A stretch of 64,000 nt of DNA from Ignavibacteriota bacterium. Lineage in GTDB: Bacteria; Bacteroidota; Ignavibacteria; UBA10030; CAVZMI01. A program made the translations under genes and the position numbers. The notes beneath the pieces were generated by a model. It was not told the origin of the DNA, did not search any database, and saw nothing but the letters and a program-made list of their open reading frames with translations. Numbering within the stretch: the first letter of the stretch is position 1; each line of letters begins with the position of its first letter. The stretch is from NCBI GenBank assembly GCA_963776275.1, contig CAVZMI010000034.1:42371-106370 (forward strand). The letters are read 5' to 3'. Shown here piece after piece: positions 21,600 to 35,449 of this stretch.

Positions 21600-21660
21600 C
21601 CCTTCGCCTTTCCGCCTACGCTCCGCTGGTGCGGAGCTTCGGCGGATCGCTCAGGGCAGG
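21600..21660 (-). repeat. Nested REP-like element inside a GGTTAA-type tract
   Basis: Reverse complement CCTGCCCTGAGCGA-[hairpin]-AGGCGAAGGG. Confidence 0.7.
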
Positions 21661-21679
21661 GGTTAAAGTTAAGGTCGAA

Positions 21680-22495
21680 TCATATTTTCCTTAATAAATA
21701 AACATCCTGTTTCTGATTGGCATTTTTTCCTCCCGGCACATAATCGACAAGTTCAAATCCAAACAGAAGGTTATCTTCTAAAAATTTCTTCGTTTGATAC
21801 GTAGCGCACTTATTATCCCCCTCAATATTCTGATTCAGCGTCAGTATCCCATAGCGTTCCAATACAGCCTTTTCAGCGGGAGTAAATTTTTGGAATGTAG
21901 TTTCTCCATGAGTCGTAAGATAAATATATCCTCCCTTTCTGAGAACTCTATGGAATTCAGTAGTCCATTTTTTTTGCAGCTCGACGCTTAAATGTGTAAA
22001 TACAGACCGCGCATAAAGAAAATCGAACATCGAACTCTCATACGGAAGCGGTGGCGCCAATGTATTGGCATGGAATTTCGCAAACGGTAGGTTGGCGGAA
22101 CACCACCGTATCAATTCCGGATTATAGTCGGAACCGTGGAGATGAACCGTATTTGAATGCGGAAGAAAATGTCTGATAATTCTTCCACAGCCGCATCCGA
22201 AATCAAGTATCGAATTGAATGAACGAATATCAACCTTATTTTTTCCCAACAAAGCTTTCATATCATCAAATATCTCTTTCCCCAAATAATAATACACCGA
22301 TACCCATGGCAGTCCGATTATCAGGAATATCAACCGTAATGGAGGAGCCGGATAACCATCGGGTAATCCTTTTCGGCGGTATGAATATTCGTCTAAAAAG
22401 ACCCGGGGTGAAAAAGATTGCAGCGAATGATAGATTATTCGAATTAGATCTAGGAGGCCTATCGTTCTTAATAACTTTTTTAATTTGTTTTTCAT
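21680..22495 (-). CDS. Class I SAM-dependent methyltransferase
   Basis: ILDFGCGCGR, SVFTHL, RVLRKGG. Confidence 0.88.
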   Translation of the reverse strand: MKNKLKKLLRTIGLLDLIRIIYHSLQSFSPRVFLDEYSYRRKGLPDGYPAPPLRLIFLIIGLPWVSVYYYLGKEIFDDMKALLGKNKVDIRSFNSILDFGCGCGRIIRHFLPHSNTVHLHGSDYNPELIRWCSANLPFAKFHANTLAPPLPYESSMFDFLYARSVFTHLSVELQKKWTTEFHRVLRKGGYIYLTTHGETTFQKFTPAEKAVLERYGILTLNQNIEGDNKCATYQTKKFLEDNLLFGFELVDYVPGGKNANQKQDVYLLRKI

Positions 22496-22540
22496 AATAA
22501 TACATCAAAAATATATTACAGATTCGATGATCGGTGATAT

Positions 22541-22573
22541 AAAAAGCCCCACAAGGATTATTTTATGGGGCTT
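22541..22573 (-). terminator. Intrinsic terminator after pnp
   Basis: AAGCCCCA...TGGGGCTT stem with a T-run on the minus strand. Confidence 0.7.
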
Positions 22574-22634
22574 GATGTATTTCAATATCACAAAGCGATA
22601 CTGCGGCAGGGCGGACGCTCAGCCTGACAGTACT

Positions 22635-24832
22635 TTAATGTCTGTGATCGCGACGCGGGCCTCTCCGGTCATGTGAACCGCCGTCTCTCCGGGGTGTACG
22701 AGGTCGATTATGATCCTCTTCGGCTGCATTCTCTCCGCCAGCCATCAGGATTTTTCGGCTGAGGTTTAATCTTCCCTCATCATCGATCTTTATCAGTTTC
22801 ACTTCAACCGGATCTCCGACCTTGAACACGTCAGAGACTTTGTTCGTTCGCTGGACGTCGATCTGTGAAATATGCAGTAGTCCTTCTTTCCCCGGCAGAA
22901 TTTCAACGAATGCACCAAAGTCCATGATGCGCTTGACGGTACCTTTGTATACTTTGCCGACTTCGGGGAGTTCGATAATGCGGTCGATGAGTTCTCTGGC
23001 CTTATCGCTTTGTTCCTGATTGATGGCAGCGATGACAACCGTACCGTCGTCTTCGATATTGATTTCGGCACCGCTTTCGGCAACAATTGCCCGGATATTT
23101 TTCCCGCCCGGAACCGATAATAGCACCGATCATATCTGTCGGGACCATCATGGTATGCAGCCGTGGAGCAAACGGTGAAAGATCGGGTCTCGGTGCCGCG
23201 ATTGTCTCTTCCATTTTATCGAGTATATAGAAGCGTCCCGCTTTCGCCTGTTCAAGCGCCGTCTTCAAGATATCGAAGGTAATTCCTTTGATCTTGATAT
23301 CCATCTGAAATGCGGTGATACCTTCGCGTGTACCGGCAACTTTAAAATCCATATCGCCCAGATGATCCTCGCTCCCAAGAATATCGCTCAGAATTGCCAC
23401 TCCATCACCTTCTTTTACCAATCCCATCGCGATTCCTGCAACCGGATGTTTGATCGGGATGCCTGCATCCATAAGAGCCAGAGTCCCGGCACATACCGTT
23501 GCCATCGACGATGATCCGTTCGATTCCAGAATATCGGACACGATGCGTACCGTGTACGGAAAAGCTTTCTCGTCGGGCATCATCACCTTCAACGATCGTT
23601 CGGCCAGGTTCCCATGGCCGATTTCACGCCGACCCGTCCCGCTGTATCTCCCGACCTCACCTACACTGTACGGCGGGAAGTTGTAATGTAACATAAATCG
23701 TTTCGTCGATTCGGGCAAGAGGCCGTCGACCATCTGCTCGTCGAGTTTCGTTCCGAGTGTGACGCTGGTCAGACTCTGTGTCTCGCCGCGTGTGAATAGC
23801 GCCGAACCGTGCGTGCGGGGAAGGAGTCCGATTTCAATCGTAATCGGGCGAATATCTGTCAATCCACGACCGTCCAGCCGTTTTGAACTGTTGAGGATCA
23901 TCTGCCTCATTTCGACTTTTTCGATGTCGTACACAACTTCTTTGATCCAGTGTTCGCGTTTCGGATGAGTCTCGTCCGGATATTTTTCTTTCAGTGCTTC
24001 GAGCGTCTCATTTACGATTCGCTGGTAATCATCGTGACGTTCCACTTTCGTCATCGCCGTATTGACGTGAGTCCGAATTTTCTCGGTAGTGAGAGCACGA
24101 ACATCCTCGATGAGTTGAGGATCAATCGGGGTGAGAGTAATTTCGCGTTTTGCTTTAGGAGCTATCTGCATGAGTTCGAGCTGAAGGAGGCATATTTTCT
24201 TGATTGCTTCATGACCGACATTAAGGGCATCGAGCATCTCTTTTTCCGAAATTTCTTTAGCTTCACCTTCAACCATTACGATGGAGTCCATAGTCCCCGC
24301 GACGGTCACATCCATCGCACTCTCTTCGAGCTGTTTGAATGTCGGATTAACGATCCACTCACCGTTCACCCGGCCGACGCGGACTTCGGCGATAAGGTCC
24401 GTCGAACGGAATGTCGGAAATCATCAGAGCTGCCGAAGCAGCGCATGCACCCAGCCAATCACCGTCATTCTCCTGATCGGCAGAAAAAACCGTAACGATA
24501 ACCTGAGTCTCATTGTTATATGACTCTGGAAACATTGGGCGGATAGGCCGATCGATGAGTCGTGAGGAGAGGATTTCTTTCTCCGAAGGACGTCCCTCAC
24601 GTTTGAGGAAACCTCCGGGGATTTTCCCCGCGGCTGCTGTTTTTTCGCGATACTCAACTTGAAGAGGGAAAAAATCCTGATCCTCCTTCGTCTCTGTTGA
24701 GGCAACTACGGCTGCCAGCACCATTGTATCGCCATAGCGGGCCATCACGGCACCGCTTGATTGTTTTGCATATTTACCTGTCTCTAATGAAAACTTCCGT
24801 CCACCGAGCTCAAGTTCTTTTACATTAATCAT
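22635..24832 (-). CDS. pnp: Polynucleotide phosphorylase (apparent frameshifts near 24395 and 23112)
   Basis: [35 protein letters not shown] and S1 domains across three ORFs. Confidence 0.96.
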
Positions 24833-24862
24833 ATGATCTTTCTTCCTTAATCTTTCATGAAA

Positions 24863-25132
24863 TTACTTGCGGATATCGAGTGCTGCAATGATTTTTCTGT
24901 ACCGATCGATATTTTTTTCCTGGAGATATTCCAGCAACCGACGTCGTTTACCGACCATTTTCAGAAGACCGCGACGGGAATGATGGTCTTTGGTATGGAT
25001 ATTAAAGTGTCCCGATAGTTCGTTGATATGCGCTGTCAAGAGTGCAATTTGAACTTCAGGCGTCCCCGTATCGGTATATGATTTGCCGTATTTCTCAATG
25101 ATCGTCTTTTTTTGTTCTGTTGATAATGGCAT
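24863..25132 (-). CDS. rpsO: 30S ribosomal protein S15
   Basis: [27 protein letters not shown]. Confidence 0.98.
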   Translation of the reverse strand: MPLSTEQKKTIIEKYGKSYTDTGTPEVQIALLTAHINELSGHFNIHTKDHHSRRGLLKMVGKRRRLLEYLQEKNIDRYRKIIAALDIRK

Positions 25133-25156
25133 TGATATACTCCTTTGATATTGAAT

Positions 25157-26108
25157 TTATATTCCAATGTGAAATTCATTTTTCATAATTGCTTTGCACA
25201 TTTCGGCGTCAAGCCGCAGTTGTTGAGCGAGTGTTTCCGGACTCACAAAGCGTTTTTCGTCGCGAATCCGATCGTAAAACCTGATCTGCACACGTCGTCC
25301 ATAAATCTCCTCGCTGAAATCGAACAGGTGAATCTCGATACTGAGTTCTGTTGTTTCTGTGAACGTCGGACGGGTGCCGATATTAAGCATTCCGGGATAT
25401 TCGCTTCCATCCATCACCATGCTTGCTACATATACGCCGCGTGCCGGAATTAATTTTCGCTCGCCGATAATACTGATATTTGCCGTCGGGAAACCGATCA
25501 ATCGGACCACGGCCTTCTCCTTCAATGACGATACCATCGGCGGAATATATCCGGCCCAGCAGCAGATTCGCCTTTCGGACATTCCCCACTTCAAGGTGTT
25601 TCCGTATTTTCGAACTCCCTACAACATCACCATCTATTGTTATCGGCTCGACCACGCGAACGCCAAAACCGAATTCCCGGGCTATCGTCTGTAATTCGGC
25701 AATTCGTGCTTCGCGGTCGCGCCCGAACGAATGGTCATACCCTTCGATTACTTCTGCAACACCGATTCCGCCGACAACATACTCTTTATAAAACTGCCTC
25801 GGCGTCAATCGTGAAAATTCATATGTAAAAGGAACGATTAACAGCACCTCGATATCGAATTTCTGAAGCAACGTAATCCGTTCTTCAAGTGTTGTCAGAA
25901 GCCGGATTGCACCTGCATTTTTCCCCACCAGAGTTCTCGGATGAGGATTGAACGTCACCACTACACTCCGGCCCTTCTTCTCCCGTGCACGGTGTACAAC
26001 CTCGGTAAGTATTTTCTGATGCGCCTGGTGAACACCGTCGAATGTTCCGACCGTGACGATGGAATTCGAATCTTGTTGTATGTCAATCAGTGAAGAGAGT
26101 ATCTTCAT
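25157..26108 (-). CDS. ribF: Riboflavin kinase/FAD synthetase (apparent frameshift near 25505)
   Basis: GTFDGVH, GYDHSFG, GFPTAN, NIGTRPT. Confidence 0.95.
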
Positions 26109-26784
26109 TCGCTCGTTTTATCCAGGTTAAATCGCGCAAGCTCCTCAATTGTCCAAGCATTTTCGAGGCGGTACGGACCACACGCGAGCGGATCAACCGT
26201 CTGAGATATGCACCGCAGCCGAGCCGCTCGCCTATATCATGAGCCAGCGATCGGATATATGTTCCTTTCGAGCACACAATACGAAAGCCTACCAGAGGAA
26301 AGGCAATCGTTGCTACGTCGCACGCTGTGATTTCAATGCTTCGTTTTTCCCGTATTACTTCACGTCCGCGCCTGGCGTAATGATAGAGCGGTTTTCCACC
26401 GTACTTCAACGCTGAATACATTGGCGGCACTTGTTCCCGGACGCCTACGAATTCTTGAAACACCCGGCGAATATCGGCTTCTGTAATGCCTTCGATTGAC
26501 CTGCGTTCTTCAATTTCGGTTTCCACATCAAAACTTCGGGTCCACGCTCCGAGCTCAAGATCTCCCTCATATTCTTTGTCAAAATTCTTAAACTCTTCGA
26601 TCGTCTTTGTTTTTTTCCCCGTGCAGAGTATCAGGAGTCCAGTAGCCTTTGGATCAAGCGTCCCTGCATGACCGATTTTCCCAATATGAAAAAGATGTTT
26701 GACTTTTTTTACCACATCGAACAACGTCCAATCGATCGGTTTATTAATAAGCAAGACCTCCCCTTCATCGAAATCAAATGTCAC
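26083..26784 (-). CDS. truB: tRNA pseudouridine(55) synthase (GTG start likely; 3' end probably frameshifted near 26177)
   Basis: GHAGTLDP, QVPPMYSA, CSKGTYIRSL. Confidence 0.95.
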   Translation of the reverse strand: MTFDFDEGEVLLINKPIDWTLFDVVKKVKHLFHIGKIGHAGTLDPKATGLLILCTGKKTKTIEEFKNFDKEYEGDLELGAWTRSFDVETEIEERRSIEGITEADIRRVFQEFVGVREQVPPMYSALKYGGKPLYHYARRGREVIREKRSIEITACDVATIAFPLVGFRIVCSKGTYIRSLAHDIGERLGCGAYLRRLIRSRVVRTASKMLGQLRSLRDLTWIKRANEDTLFTD

Positions 26785-26811
26785 CTTACTATGAAGCAGG
26801 ATCGCTGAAGG

Positions 26812-26859
26812 CCTGTCCTGAGCGACTTGCCCCGGGTTACATCGAGGGGAGTCGAAGGA
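26812..26859 (+). repeat. Nested REP-like element
   Basis: CCTGTCCTGAGCGA-[insert]-GAGTCGAAGGA. Confidence 0.7.
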
Positions 26860-26887
26860 AGGCGGCGATGTTTCACTATATTTCACA

Positions 26888-27247
26888 CTATTCTCCCGAG
26901 GATGAACCGTTGTCATGCGTTTTCTTTATCAGATCATTGATTCGTTCGACACGATCGAGCGTATCATCAAGATGAAAATGTATTGCTGGTGTAAACTTCA
27001 ATCGAATGTGACCACCGAGTAATGATCGAACGTGCCCTTTGTGATCTTCCAGCATTGTCAGTGTTTTCTCCCGTATCTCGATATTCCCTAGGATACTCAC
27101 ATACACTTTTGCGATTTTGAGATCGGGTGTTACTTTTACTTCTGTCACCGTAATAAAACCGTATCCCGGTTTGGTCAATTCTCGTTGGATTATTGTGCTC
27201 ACCTCTTCCCGAATCAGGGAAGCAACTCTGTTCATCCGGACCGTCAT
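26888..27247 (-). CDS. rbfA: Ribosome-binding factor A
   Basis: RMNRVASLI, VTPDLKIAKVYVS, KFTPAIHF; lies after infB. Confidence 0.95.
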   Translation of the reverse strand: MTVRMNRVASLIREEVSTIIQRELTKPGYGFITVTEVKVTPDLKIAKVYVSILGNIEIREKTLTMLEDHKGHVRSLLGGHIRLKFTPAIHFHLDDTLDRVERINDLIKKTHDNGSSSGE

Positions 27248-27317
27248 ACCATTCTCCTTTAAACCCGCCACATGAAACCGATAAAGTATAGCGGGGATGA
27301 GCCTATGGCTCATTCTC

Positions 27318-30041
27318 TTACGCCAATTTTCGTTTTGTCTCAACGATCCGGTATCCTTCGATAACATCACCGACCTTCAGGTCGTTGTAATTCTCGATTC
27401 CGATACCACATTCAAAACCCTGTTCGACTTCACGCACATCGTCTTTAAATCGTTTCAGTGACGAGATCCCACTGTCAAAAATTACTATACCATCGCGAAC
27501 CAATCGGACGCGGGTATTCCGCGTGATCTTTCCCTGCTGAACGTAACATCCGGCAATTGTTCCCGCCTTTGGCACCCTGAAGGTTTGCCGGATCTCGACC
27601 GTCGCAGTGATTTCTTCTTTCTGTTCGGGCGCGAGTAATCCCTCAAGTGCATCATGAACCTCATTAATGGCATCGTAAATGATATTATAGAGTCTGATGT
27701 CCACTTTTTCCTGCTCGGCGAGCTGGCGGGCTTTCAGGTTCGGACGCACGTGGAAACCGATGATCACGGCCCCGGATGCAGTTGCGAGCAGTACATCCGA
27801 TTCAGAAATTGCGCCGACTCCGCGATGAATCACATTGACTTTTACTTCATCGGTCGATATCTTCATCAGAGCATCGCCAAGTGCCTCAACCGATCCATCG
27901 ACATCGCCTTTCACGATGACTTTCAATTCCCTCACGACGCCTTCCTGAATTTGCTTTGATATATCGTCGAGTGTCAACATATGAATCTGGCGGAAATCCT
28001 GCTCGCGTTTGAGCTGCTGGCGCTTCAAGCTGATTTCGCGTGCATACCGCTCGGAGGCAAGCGAAACAAACACATCGCCGGCCTGTGGGACACCGTCGAA
28101 GCCGGTAACCTGAACCGGAGTCGACGGCCTGGCAGCCTCGACACGATTTCCGCGTTCATCAAAGAGTGACCTGACTCTGCCGCTGTAAATTCCTGCTACA
28201 AAGGCATCACCGACACGAAGTGTTCCCTTTTGGACAAGTACTGTCCCAACAATTCCTTTTCCTTTGTCAAGCTGTGCCTCGATTATCGTTCCCCGGGCAA
28301 GTCGATCGGGATTTGCTTTGAGTTCCAGCACTTCGGCTTCCAGTAGTATCTTTTCCAGCAGCAGTTCTATATTCTTTCCGGAGCGCGCCGAGAGTTCTAC
28401 AGATTGATATTTTCCGCCCCATTCTTCGACAAGAATCCCCTTATCGCTCAACTGTTGCCGGATGCGATCAGGATTTGCATCCGCCTTGTCGATCTTGTTC
28501 ATCGCTATTATGATCGGAACGTTGGCAGCCTGTGCATGGTTGATCGCTTCGACAGTCTGCGGCATCACGCTATCATCGGTCGCGACCACAAGTACGACAA
28601 TATCGGTCACCTGTGCTCCGCGGGCACGCATCGCCGTGAAAGCTTCGTGGCCTGGCGTATCCAGAAAACTAATCTGCCTCCCGTTTTGAAGCGTCACTTC
28701 ATATGCACCTATATGCTGTGTAATTCCACCCGCCTCACCTGCCACAACATTTGCACTACGGATATAATCTAGAAGTGAAGTTTTTCCATGGTCAACATGT
28801 CCCATGATTGTTACTACCGGGGCACGCGATTTCAATGTAGATTCCAGATCGGGAACATCTTTCAGGACATCCTCGGTGAATTCTTCCTGGAATTCCACCT
28901 GTAATCCGAATTCGTCGGCGACCAGCTGGATCGTATCTTTATCCAGTCTCTGGTTAATCGATACCATGAGGCCGAGTCCGATACACTTGGCGATCACCTC
29001 GCTGACATCCACATTCATCAAATTAGCGATCTCGCCGACGGTAACGTACTCAGTGACATGTAGTATCGATTTATCCCGTTCGGCCAATTCCATAATGCGT
29101 TGTTCTTCCTGCTCTCTCTTTTCGCGCTTTTTCCTTCGGAAGAGTGCACGGGCACTGACGGGCGCGGTATCGTCCATTTCCTGGAGCGTTCGTCGGATTG
29201 CGTCTTCGACTTCCTTTGTATCGATTTCATGATGGCGGAGTTTTTTCTTTTTCTTCTTCTTCTTTCCTTCTTCTTCCTCAACCGCGGTAATCGCGTGCAC
29301 TTCTTCACGCAGCTTCTTTTTCTTCTTCTTTTTCTTCTTATGTTCTTCCACTTCGGGGGGTAACAACATTCCTTCAATGCCGCGTGCCGGGCCAACCTGT
29401 CGCTGCGGCGGCCTCAGCTCTATTTTACCCATTACTTTAAGGGTTCGCTGTTGTGCCTTGGCTTTTTCGAGAGGTGAAATATGAGCCTCTTCCGCGTGTT
29501 TCTTCTTTCTCCTGCGCCGTTGCGGACCTGTTTCTTCACGTGCTATTACCGTCGCTTGTTCCGCACCACCCGTGGGTACCTCTTCTCCGCCGAGGGGAAG
29601 TTCTCCCTGGACAGGTTCAGCAATCTCCGGAGCACCGGGTCCCTGTGTCTCCTCTGGGGGTTTCCCCCGCGCTTCGATCACTTCGGTGACCGGAGAAACG
29701 CTCACAGGTTCACCCGCCGGATGCTCGACTTTCTCTTCCTTCAGTTTTTCTTCTTTCGGAGCATGGAGTTCAACAACAGGGGAAACCTCTTCGGGTCTTT
29801 TTTCAATCTTCTTCCGGGATTCACGAATCTCGGCTATTTTCCGATGGTGCTTTTCGGCTACGTCCTTATCCTTCTTGAAATGGACAAGAATATCGCGAAA
29901 CATCTCCTCGGTCACCGTCGACATGTGACTCTTGATCGAATATCCTTTTTTATTCAGGAATTCGATAATAGTTTCGCTCGAGAGATTTAGTTCCGTTGCT
30001 AGCTTGTACACCTTTTTCTTTTTTTCGACTTGTTCTGTCAT
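27318..30041 (-). CDS. infB: Translation initiation factor IF-2
   Basis: [23 protein letters not shown]. Confidence 0.98.
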   Translation of the reverse strand: MTEQVEKKKKVYKLATELNLSSETIIEFLNKKGYSIKSHMSTVTEEMFRDILVHFKKDKDVAEKHHRKIAEIRESRKKIEKRPEEVSPVVELHAPKEEKLKEEKVEHPAGEPVSVSPVTEVIEARGKPPEETQGPGAPEIAEPVQGELPLGGEEVPTGGAEQATVIAREETGPQRRRRKKKHAEEAHISPLEKAKAQQRTLKVMGKIELRPPQRQVGPARGIEGMLLPPEVEEHKKKKKKKKKLREEVHAITAVEEEEGKKKKKKKKLRHHEIDTKEVEDAIRRTLQEMDDTAPVSARALFRRKKREKREQEEQRIMELAERDKSILHVTEYVTVGEIANLMNVDVSEVIAKCIGLGLMVSINQRLDKDTIQLVADEFGLQVEFQEEFTEDVLKDVPDLESTLKSRAPVVTIMGHVDHGKTSLLDYIRSANVVAGEAGGITQHIGAYEVTLQNGRQISFLDTPGHEAFTAMRARGAQVTDIVVLVVATDDSVMPQTVEAINHAQAANVPIIIAMNKIDKADANPDRIRQQLSDKGILVEEWGGKYQSVELSARSGKNIELLLEKILLEAEVLELKANPDRLARGTIIEAQLDKGKGIVGTVLVQKGTLRVGDAFVAGIYSGRVRSLFDERGNRVEAARPSTPVQVTGFDGVPQAGDVFVSLASERYAREISLKRQQLKREQDFRQIHMLTLDDISKQIQEGVVRELKVIVKGDVDGSVEALGDALMKISTDEVKVNVIHRGVGAISESDVLLATASGAVIIGFHVRPNLKARQLAEQEKVDIRLYNIIYDAINEVHDALEGLLAPEQKEEITATVEIRQTFRVPKAGTIAGCYVQQGKITRNTRVRLVRDGIVIFDSGISSLKRFKDDVREVEQGFECGIGIENYNDLKVGDVIEGYRIVETKRKLA

Positions 30042-30073
30042 TCTTCTACTATAATTCGTACATGACGAAGAAT

Positions 30074-30215
30074 TAGTACCGCTCCAACTATTATTTCAAA
30101 AAAATTCTATGTGATTATATGTGTTGGAGTCCCGCTCTCTGAGCGGGATGCCACTTTTATAATACGGTGAAACAGTACCGCTACGCGGTAGTAAAAACTA
30201 ATTGGAGTGGCACTA
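30074..30215. repeat. MITE-like element with 14 bp imperfect terminal inverted repeats
   Basis: TAGTACCGCTCCAA ... TTGGAGTGGCACTA; internal hairpins. Confidence 0.5.
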
Positions 30216-30229
30216 TTATGTTGAAAACG

Positions 30230-31609
30230 TTATGATCGGCGGATTGTTCCTCCCTGAGGAAGTGCATTCGCCTTCCGTTTCGCCTCGCGGTCTTCTTTTG
30301 TTTCCTTTTCTACTTCGTTCTCTCCTATTTCCGATTCTTCTTCCTCGTCGGTTTCCCCCTCCTCTTCAACCTCCGCTTCTTCCAGTCCGACCTTCATCAT
30401 TTCAAGGATTTCTTTCGCCCGTTCCTCACCAATACCATCAATTGTTGTCAGTTTTTCCATCCCGGCTTCGATCACCTCACGGGCAGTCGTCAATTCTTCG
30501 TCAATCAGACGTTCATAGATTGCCTCACCCAGCTCGGCACGAAATTGCTGGAGCTCAATATCGTACTCTTCTTCAGGCGCGCCTTCGTTCACAACGTCAA
30601 TTTCATATCCGGTAAGCTTCGATGCGAGACGGACATTCTGACCATTTTTCCCGATCGCGAGCGACGCTTGATCGTTTGCCACAAGAATCACGGCTCTCTT
30701 TTGCTCATTATCGATTGAGAGGTTTTTTAATTTTGCCGGTGCGAGAGCCCGGGTAATCATTACGACATGATCTTCGCTATAGTTAATGACATCTATATTT
30801 TCGTTGTTCAATTCACGGACGATGGCGTGTATCCGGACTCCCTTCATGCCCACGCAGGCGCCGACAGCATCTATTCGGTCGTCGTGCGATTCCACCGCCA
30901 CTTTCGAGCGTTCACCGGCTTCCCGTGCGACAGCCTTGATCTCGATGATACCATCGTAGATTTCCGGAATTTCGATCTCAAACAGCTTGATAAGAAACTT
31001 CGGATCACTTCGCGATATAATCACGCGGGGATTTCCGGGACCTTTCTGTACTTCCTTGACCAGAGCCCGGAGCGTATCTCCTTTTTTGTACCGTTCTTTG
31101 AAAATCTGTTCCTCCTTGGGGAGAATCAATTCATTACGGTTATGGAGAACAAGAATCTCTTTTTTCCGAATTTGATAAATTTCCCCAACGACAATTTCCC
31201 CCAGGGCGGCAGAATATTCATTATAGATCAATTCCTTTTCGACATCTTTGATCCGCTGGTTGAGAGTCTGCTTTGCCGTCACGACAAGCCTGCGTCCGAA
31301 GGATTCGAGATCAATGATCTCAACGTATTCGTCTCCGACATTAAGCTCTTCCCCAGATCCTTTTCGTGCCGTTTCAACATCGACCTGCATTACAGGATTT
31401 TCAACCACCTCGACAACTTCACGCTCAAGGTAAATTTCAATATCTCCCTTTTCCATATTGACTACGACTTCGAACTTGGCATCCTGTCCGTATTTTTTCC
31501 TCATCATCATTCCGAAGATGTCTTCGAGAATGCCGACAAGAATGTCCTTGTCGATCCCCTTATCTCGCGCCATCTGTGCGAATGAGTCGACGATTTGATA
31601 ATTCATCAT
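30230..31609 (-). CDS. nusA: Transcription factor NusA
   Basis: AREAGERSKVAV, GACVGMKG, AIGKNGQNVRLASKLTG. Confidence 0.98.
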   Translation of the reverse strand: MMNYQIVDSFAQMARDKGIDKDILVGILEDIFGMMMRKKYGQDAKFEVVVNMEKGDIEIYLEREVVEVVENPVMQVDVETARKGSGEELNVGDEYVEIIDLESFGRRLVVTAKQTLNQRIKDVEKELIYNEYSAALGEIVVGEIYQIRKKEILVLHNRNELILPKEEQIFKERYKKGDTLRALVKEVQKGPGNPRVIISRSDPKFLIKLFEIEIPEIYDGIIEIKAVAREAGERSKVAVESHDDRIDAVGACVGMKGVRIHAIVRELNNENIDVINYSEDHVVMITRALAPAKLKNLSIDNEQKRAVILVANDQASLAIGKNGQNVRLASKLTGYEIDVVNEGAPEEEYDIELQQFRAELGEAIYERLIDEELTTAREVIEAGMEKLTTIDGIGEERAKEILEMMKVGLEEAEVEEEGETDEEEESEIGENEVEKETKEDREAKRKANALPQGGTIRRS

Positions 31610-31652
31610 GTTCTCCTGCTATAAAAATTTTGTCCCCTATATCTGCCGCCCC

Positions 31653-32108
31653 CTATTTGAAGCGGGGTTCGACAGTTGCACGCAGAATTCCGGCTATCGG
31701 TATCTCGACGGCGGTTCCTTCTTCATTCTCCACCATAATCGAGTTCTCTGTCACCGTTACTAATTTTCCGACGACCGTCACCGCTGTGCCTTCCATGGTA
31801 TATTTCACTTTGAGGGTTCGGCCGATATTTTTAGGATACTGGCGATACAATTTCAGCGGCCGGTCAAGACCGGGCGACGAAACCTCGAGTCTATAACGTC
31901 CGTGAATGATCTCAGCAGCATCAAGCCGGGCAGCAAGATCACGACTGATCGAGGCACAGAGTTCTGTCGTGATGCCTGAATCTGAATCGACAAAAACTTC
32001 AACAACGCGTGTACCATGTTCACCACGGACAGCGCAGTCGACCAGGTAAGCCTTGTAGCCCTCGATAATCGCTTCAGCATGATTGCATACCGCCTTCGCC
32101 AGATTCAT
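31653..32108 (-). CDS. rimP: Ribosome maturation factor RimP
   Basis: YRLEVSSPGLDRPL. Confidence 0.95.
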   Translation of the reverse strand: MNLAKAVCNHAEAIIEGYKAYLVDCAVRGEHGTRVVEVFVDSDSGITTELCASISRDLAARLDAAEIIHGRYRLEVSSPGLDRPLKLYRQYPKNIGRTLKVKYTMEGTAVTVVGKLVTVTENSIMVENEEGTAVEIPIAGILRATVEPRFK

Positions 32109-32126
32109 GCAAATTCAATTCCTTCC

Positions 32127-32157
32127 AAAAAAAATAGCCCATTAAGGTGGGCTATTT
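32127..32157 (-). terminator. rimP leader hairpin with U-tract (attenuator, or atpC terminator)
   Basis: AAATAGCCCA/TGGGCTATTT stem followed by a T-run on the minus strand. Confidence 0.65.
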
Positions 32158-32167
32158 GAGGTTTTTG

Positions 32168-32196
32168 AATATAGTAAATTCCTTCATAGAAAGCAA
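32168..32196 (-). promoter_or_regulatory. Putative sigma70 promoter of rimP-nusA-infB
   Basis: TTGCTT-N17-TATATT. Confidence 0.6.
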
Positions 32197-32201
32197 GGAA
32201 A

Positions 32202-34111
<1,910 letters not shown>

Positions 34112-34813
34112 CTAAAAATTCGGAAGGTGTTTCTCCTTCGTGTAATGACGGGCGATAATGGCAACAGCTTCTTTCGGATTATCGGTAATATGGAAAAGAT
34201 TGAGATTCTCGGGCGATATATTCCCGGCCGACAGCATGGTCGTTTTGATCCACTCGACCAAACCCTGCCAATAATTCTTGCCTAAAAGAATGACCGGAAA
34301 CTTTGTCGTCTTGTGCGTCTGGATCAGTGTGATCGCTTCGAAAAATTCATCGAGCGTGCCGTACCCGCCGGGAAGGACGATGAACCCCTGAGCATACTTT
34401 ACGAACATCACCTTACGAACGAAAAAATGCCTGAACTTTATCAGCTTATCTTGATCGACGTAAGCATTGGCCTGCTGTTCAAACGGTAAATCAATATTGA
34501 CGCCTATGGAACTCCCGCCTGCCTCTCTCGCCCCTTTGTTCGCAGCTTCCATGATCCCGCCGCCGGCGCCGGTAATAACGCCATATCCGGCACGGACAAG
34601 CTCACGTGCGACTTCTTCGGCAAGCTTATACGCAGGCGTTCCGGGCTCTGTCCGAGCCGAGCCGAAAACCGAGACGGCCGGACCGATCCGCGACATGATC
34701 TCAAAGCCGTTGACCAGCTCGGCCATTACCTGAAATACCCGCCAGAGATCCTGCTGAGCACTTTCAAGCCACGCAGTACGATCCCACAATGTTGGTTGAT
34801 CCGATGAGTTCAT
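34112..34813 (-). CDS. LOG family (TIGR00730) Rossmann-fold protein
   Basis: VFGSAR, GIMEAAN, PGGYGTLDE. Confidence 0.92.
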   Translation of the reverse strand: MNSSDQPTLWDRTAWLESAQQDLWRVFQVMAELVNGFEIMSRIGPAVSVFGSARTEPGTPAYKLAEEVARELVRAGYGVITGAGGGIMEAANKGAREAGGSSIGVNIDLPFEQQANAYVDQDKLIKFRHFFVRKVMFVKYAQGFIVLPGGYGTLDEFFEAITLIQTHKTTKFPVILLGKNYWQGLVEWIKTTMLSAGNISPENLNLFHITDNPKEAVAIIARHYTKEKHLPNF

Positions 34814-34875
34814 AATTTTTCCTTACCAAGATTTCATTTCCGACGTTTTTACGAACTGTCGGGAACTAATTCCTT

Positions 34876-35445
34876 TCAGTATTTGCCTTCAAGAAAATTC
34901 TTTAAGATGATGATCCCGTTGTCGGTTGCAATTGATTCCGGGTGAAATTGGACGCCGATTGTCGGAGTTTCACGATGACGGACGCCCATGATTGTTCCAT
35001 CATCAACCCATGCGGTGACCAGGAGATCTTTCGGCAGCGTCGCCCGATCGATCACAAGCGAATGATACCGCGTGGCGGAAAATGGGTTCGGCAGGCCATC
35101 AAATAATTTCCATCCGTCGTGGTAAATCAAAGATGTTTTCCCGTGCACAATTTGCTTAGCCCTTATAATATCACCGCCGAATGCCTCGCCAATCGATTGA
35201 TGTCCGAGACATACCCCGAGAATGGGAATTTCCCGATAAAATCTTTTTACAAGGGAAACGGAGATACCTGCTTCCTTCGGAGTACACGGTCCCGGAGAGA
35301 TAATGATCGCCTGTGGTTTTTGTCGAGCGATGTCGTCGAGTGTCATTGCATCATTGCGTGCAACGTTCACTTCAACCCCCACCATGCCGAGATATTGTAC
35401 GAGGTTATACGTAAACGAATCGTAGTTATCGATTACCAGCACCAT
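34876..35445 (-). CDS. trpG: Anthranilate/aminodeoxychorismate synthase component II
   Basis: IDNYDSFT, SPGP, GVCLGHQ, QFHPES. Confidence 0.9.
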   Translation of the reverse strand: MVLVIDNYDSFTYNLVQYLGMVGVEVNVARNDAMTLDDIARQKPQAIIISPGPCTPKEAGISVSLVKRFYREIPILGVCLGHQSIGEAFGGDIIRAKQIVHGKTSLIYHDGWKLFDGLPNPFSATRYHSLVIDRATLPKDLLVTAWVDDGTIMGVRHRETPTIGVQFHPESIATDNGIIILKNFLEGKY

Positions 35446-35449
35446 GATG

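Noticed and set aside
26785-26916. N-terminal extension of TruB in the ORF track
   Set aside because: It is read-through of a REP-like element and the end of rbfA; a GTG start at 26784 fits better
29230-29345. TTC/TTT-rich tracts that look like microsatellites
   Set aside because: They encode the Lys/Glu-rich low-complexity N-terminal region of IF-2
30767-31585. Long antisense ORFs (also 55956-56666, 16704-17270, 23950-24495)
   Set aside because: Shadows of well-supported genes on the opposite strand, with no motifs
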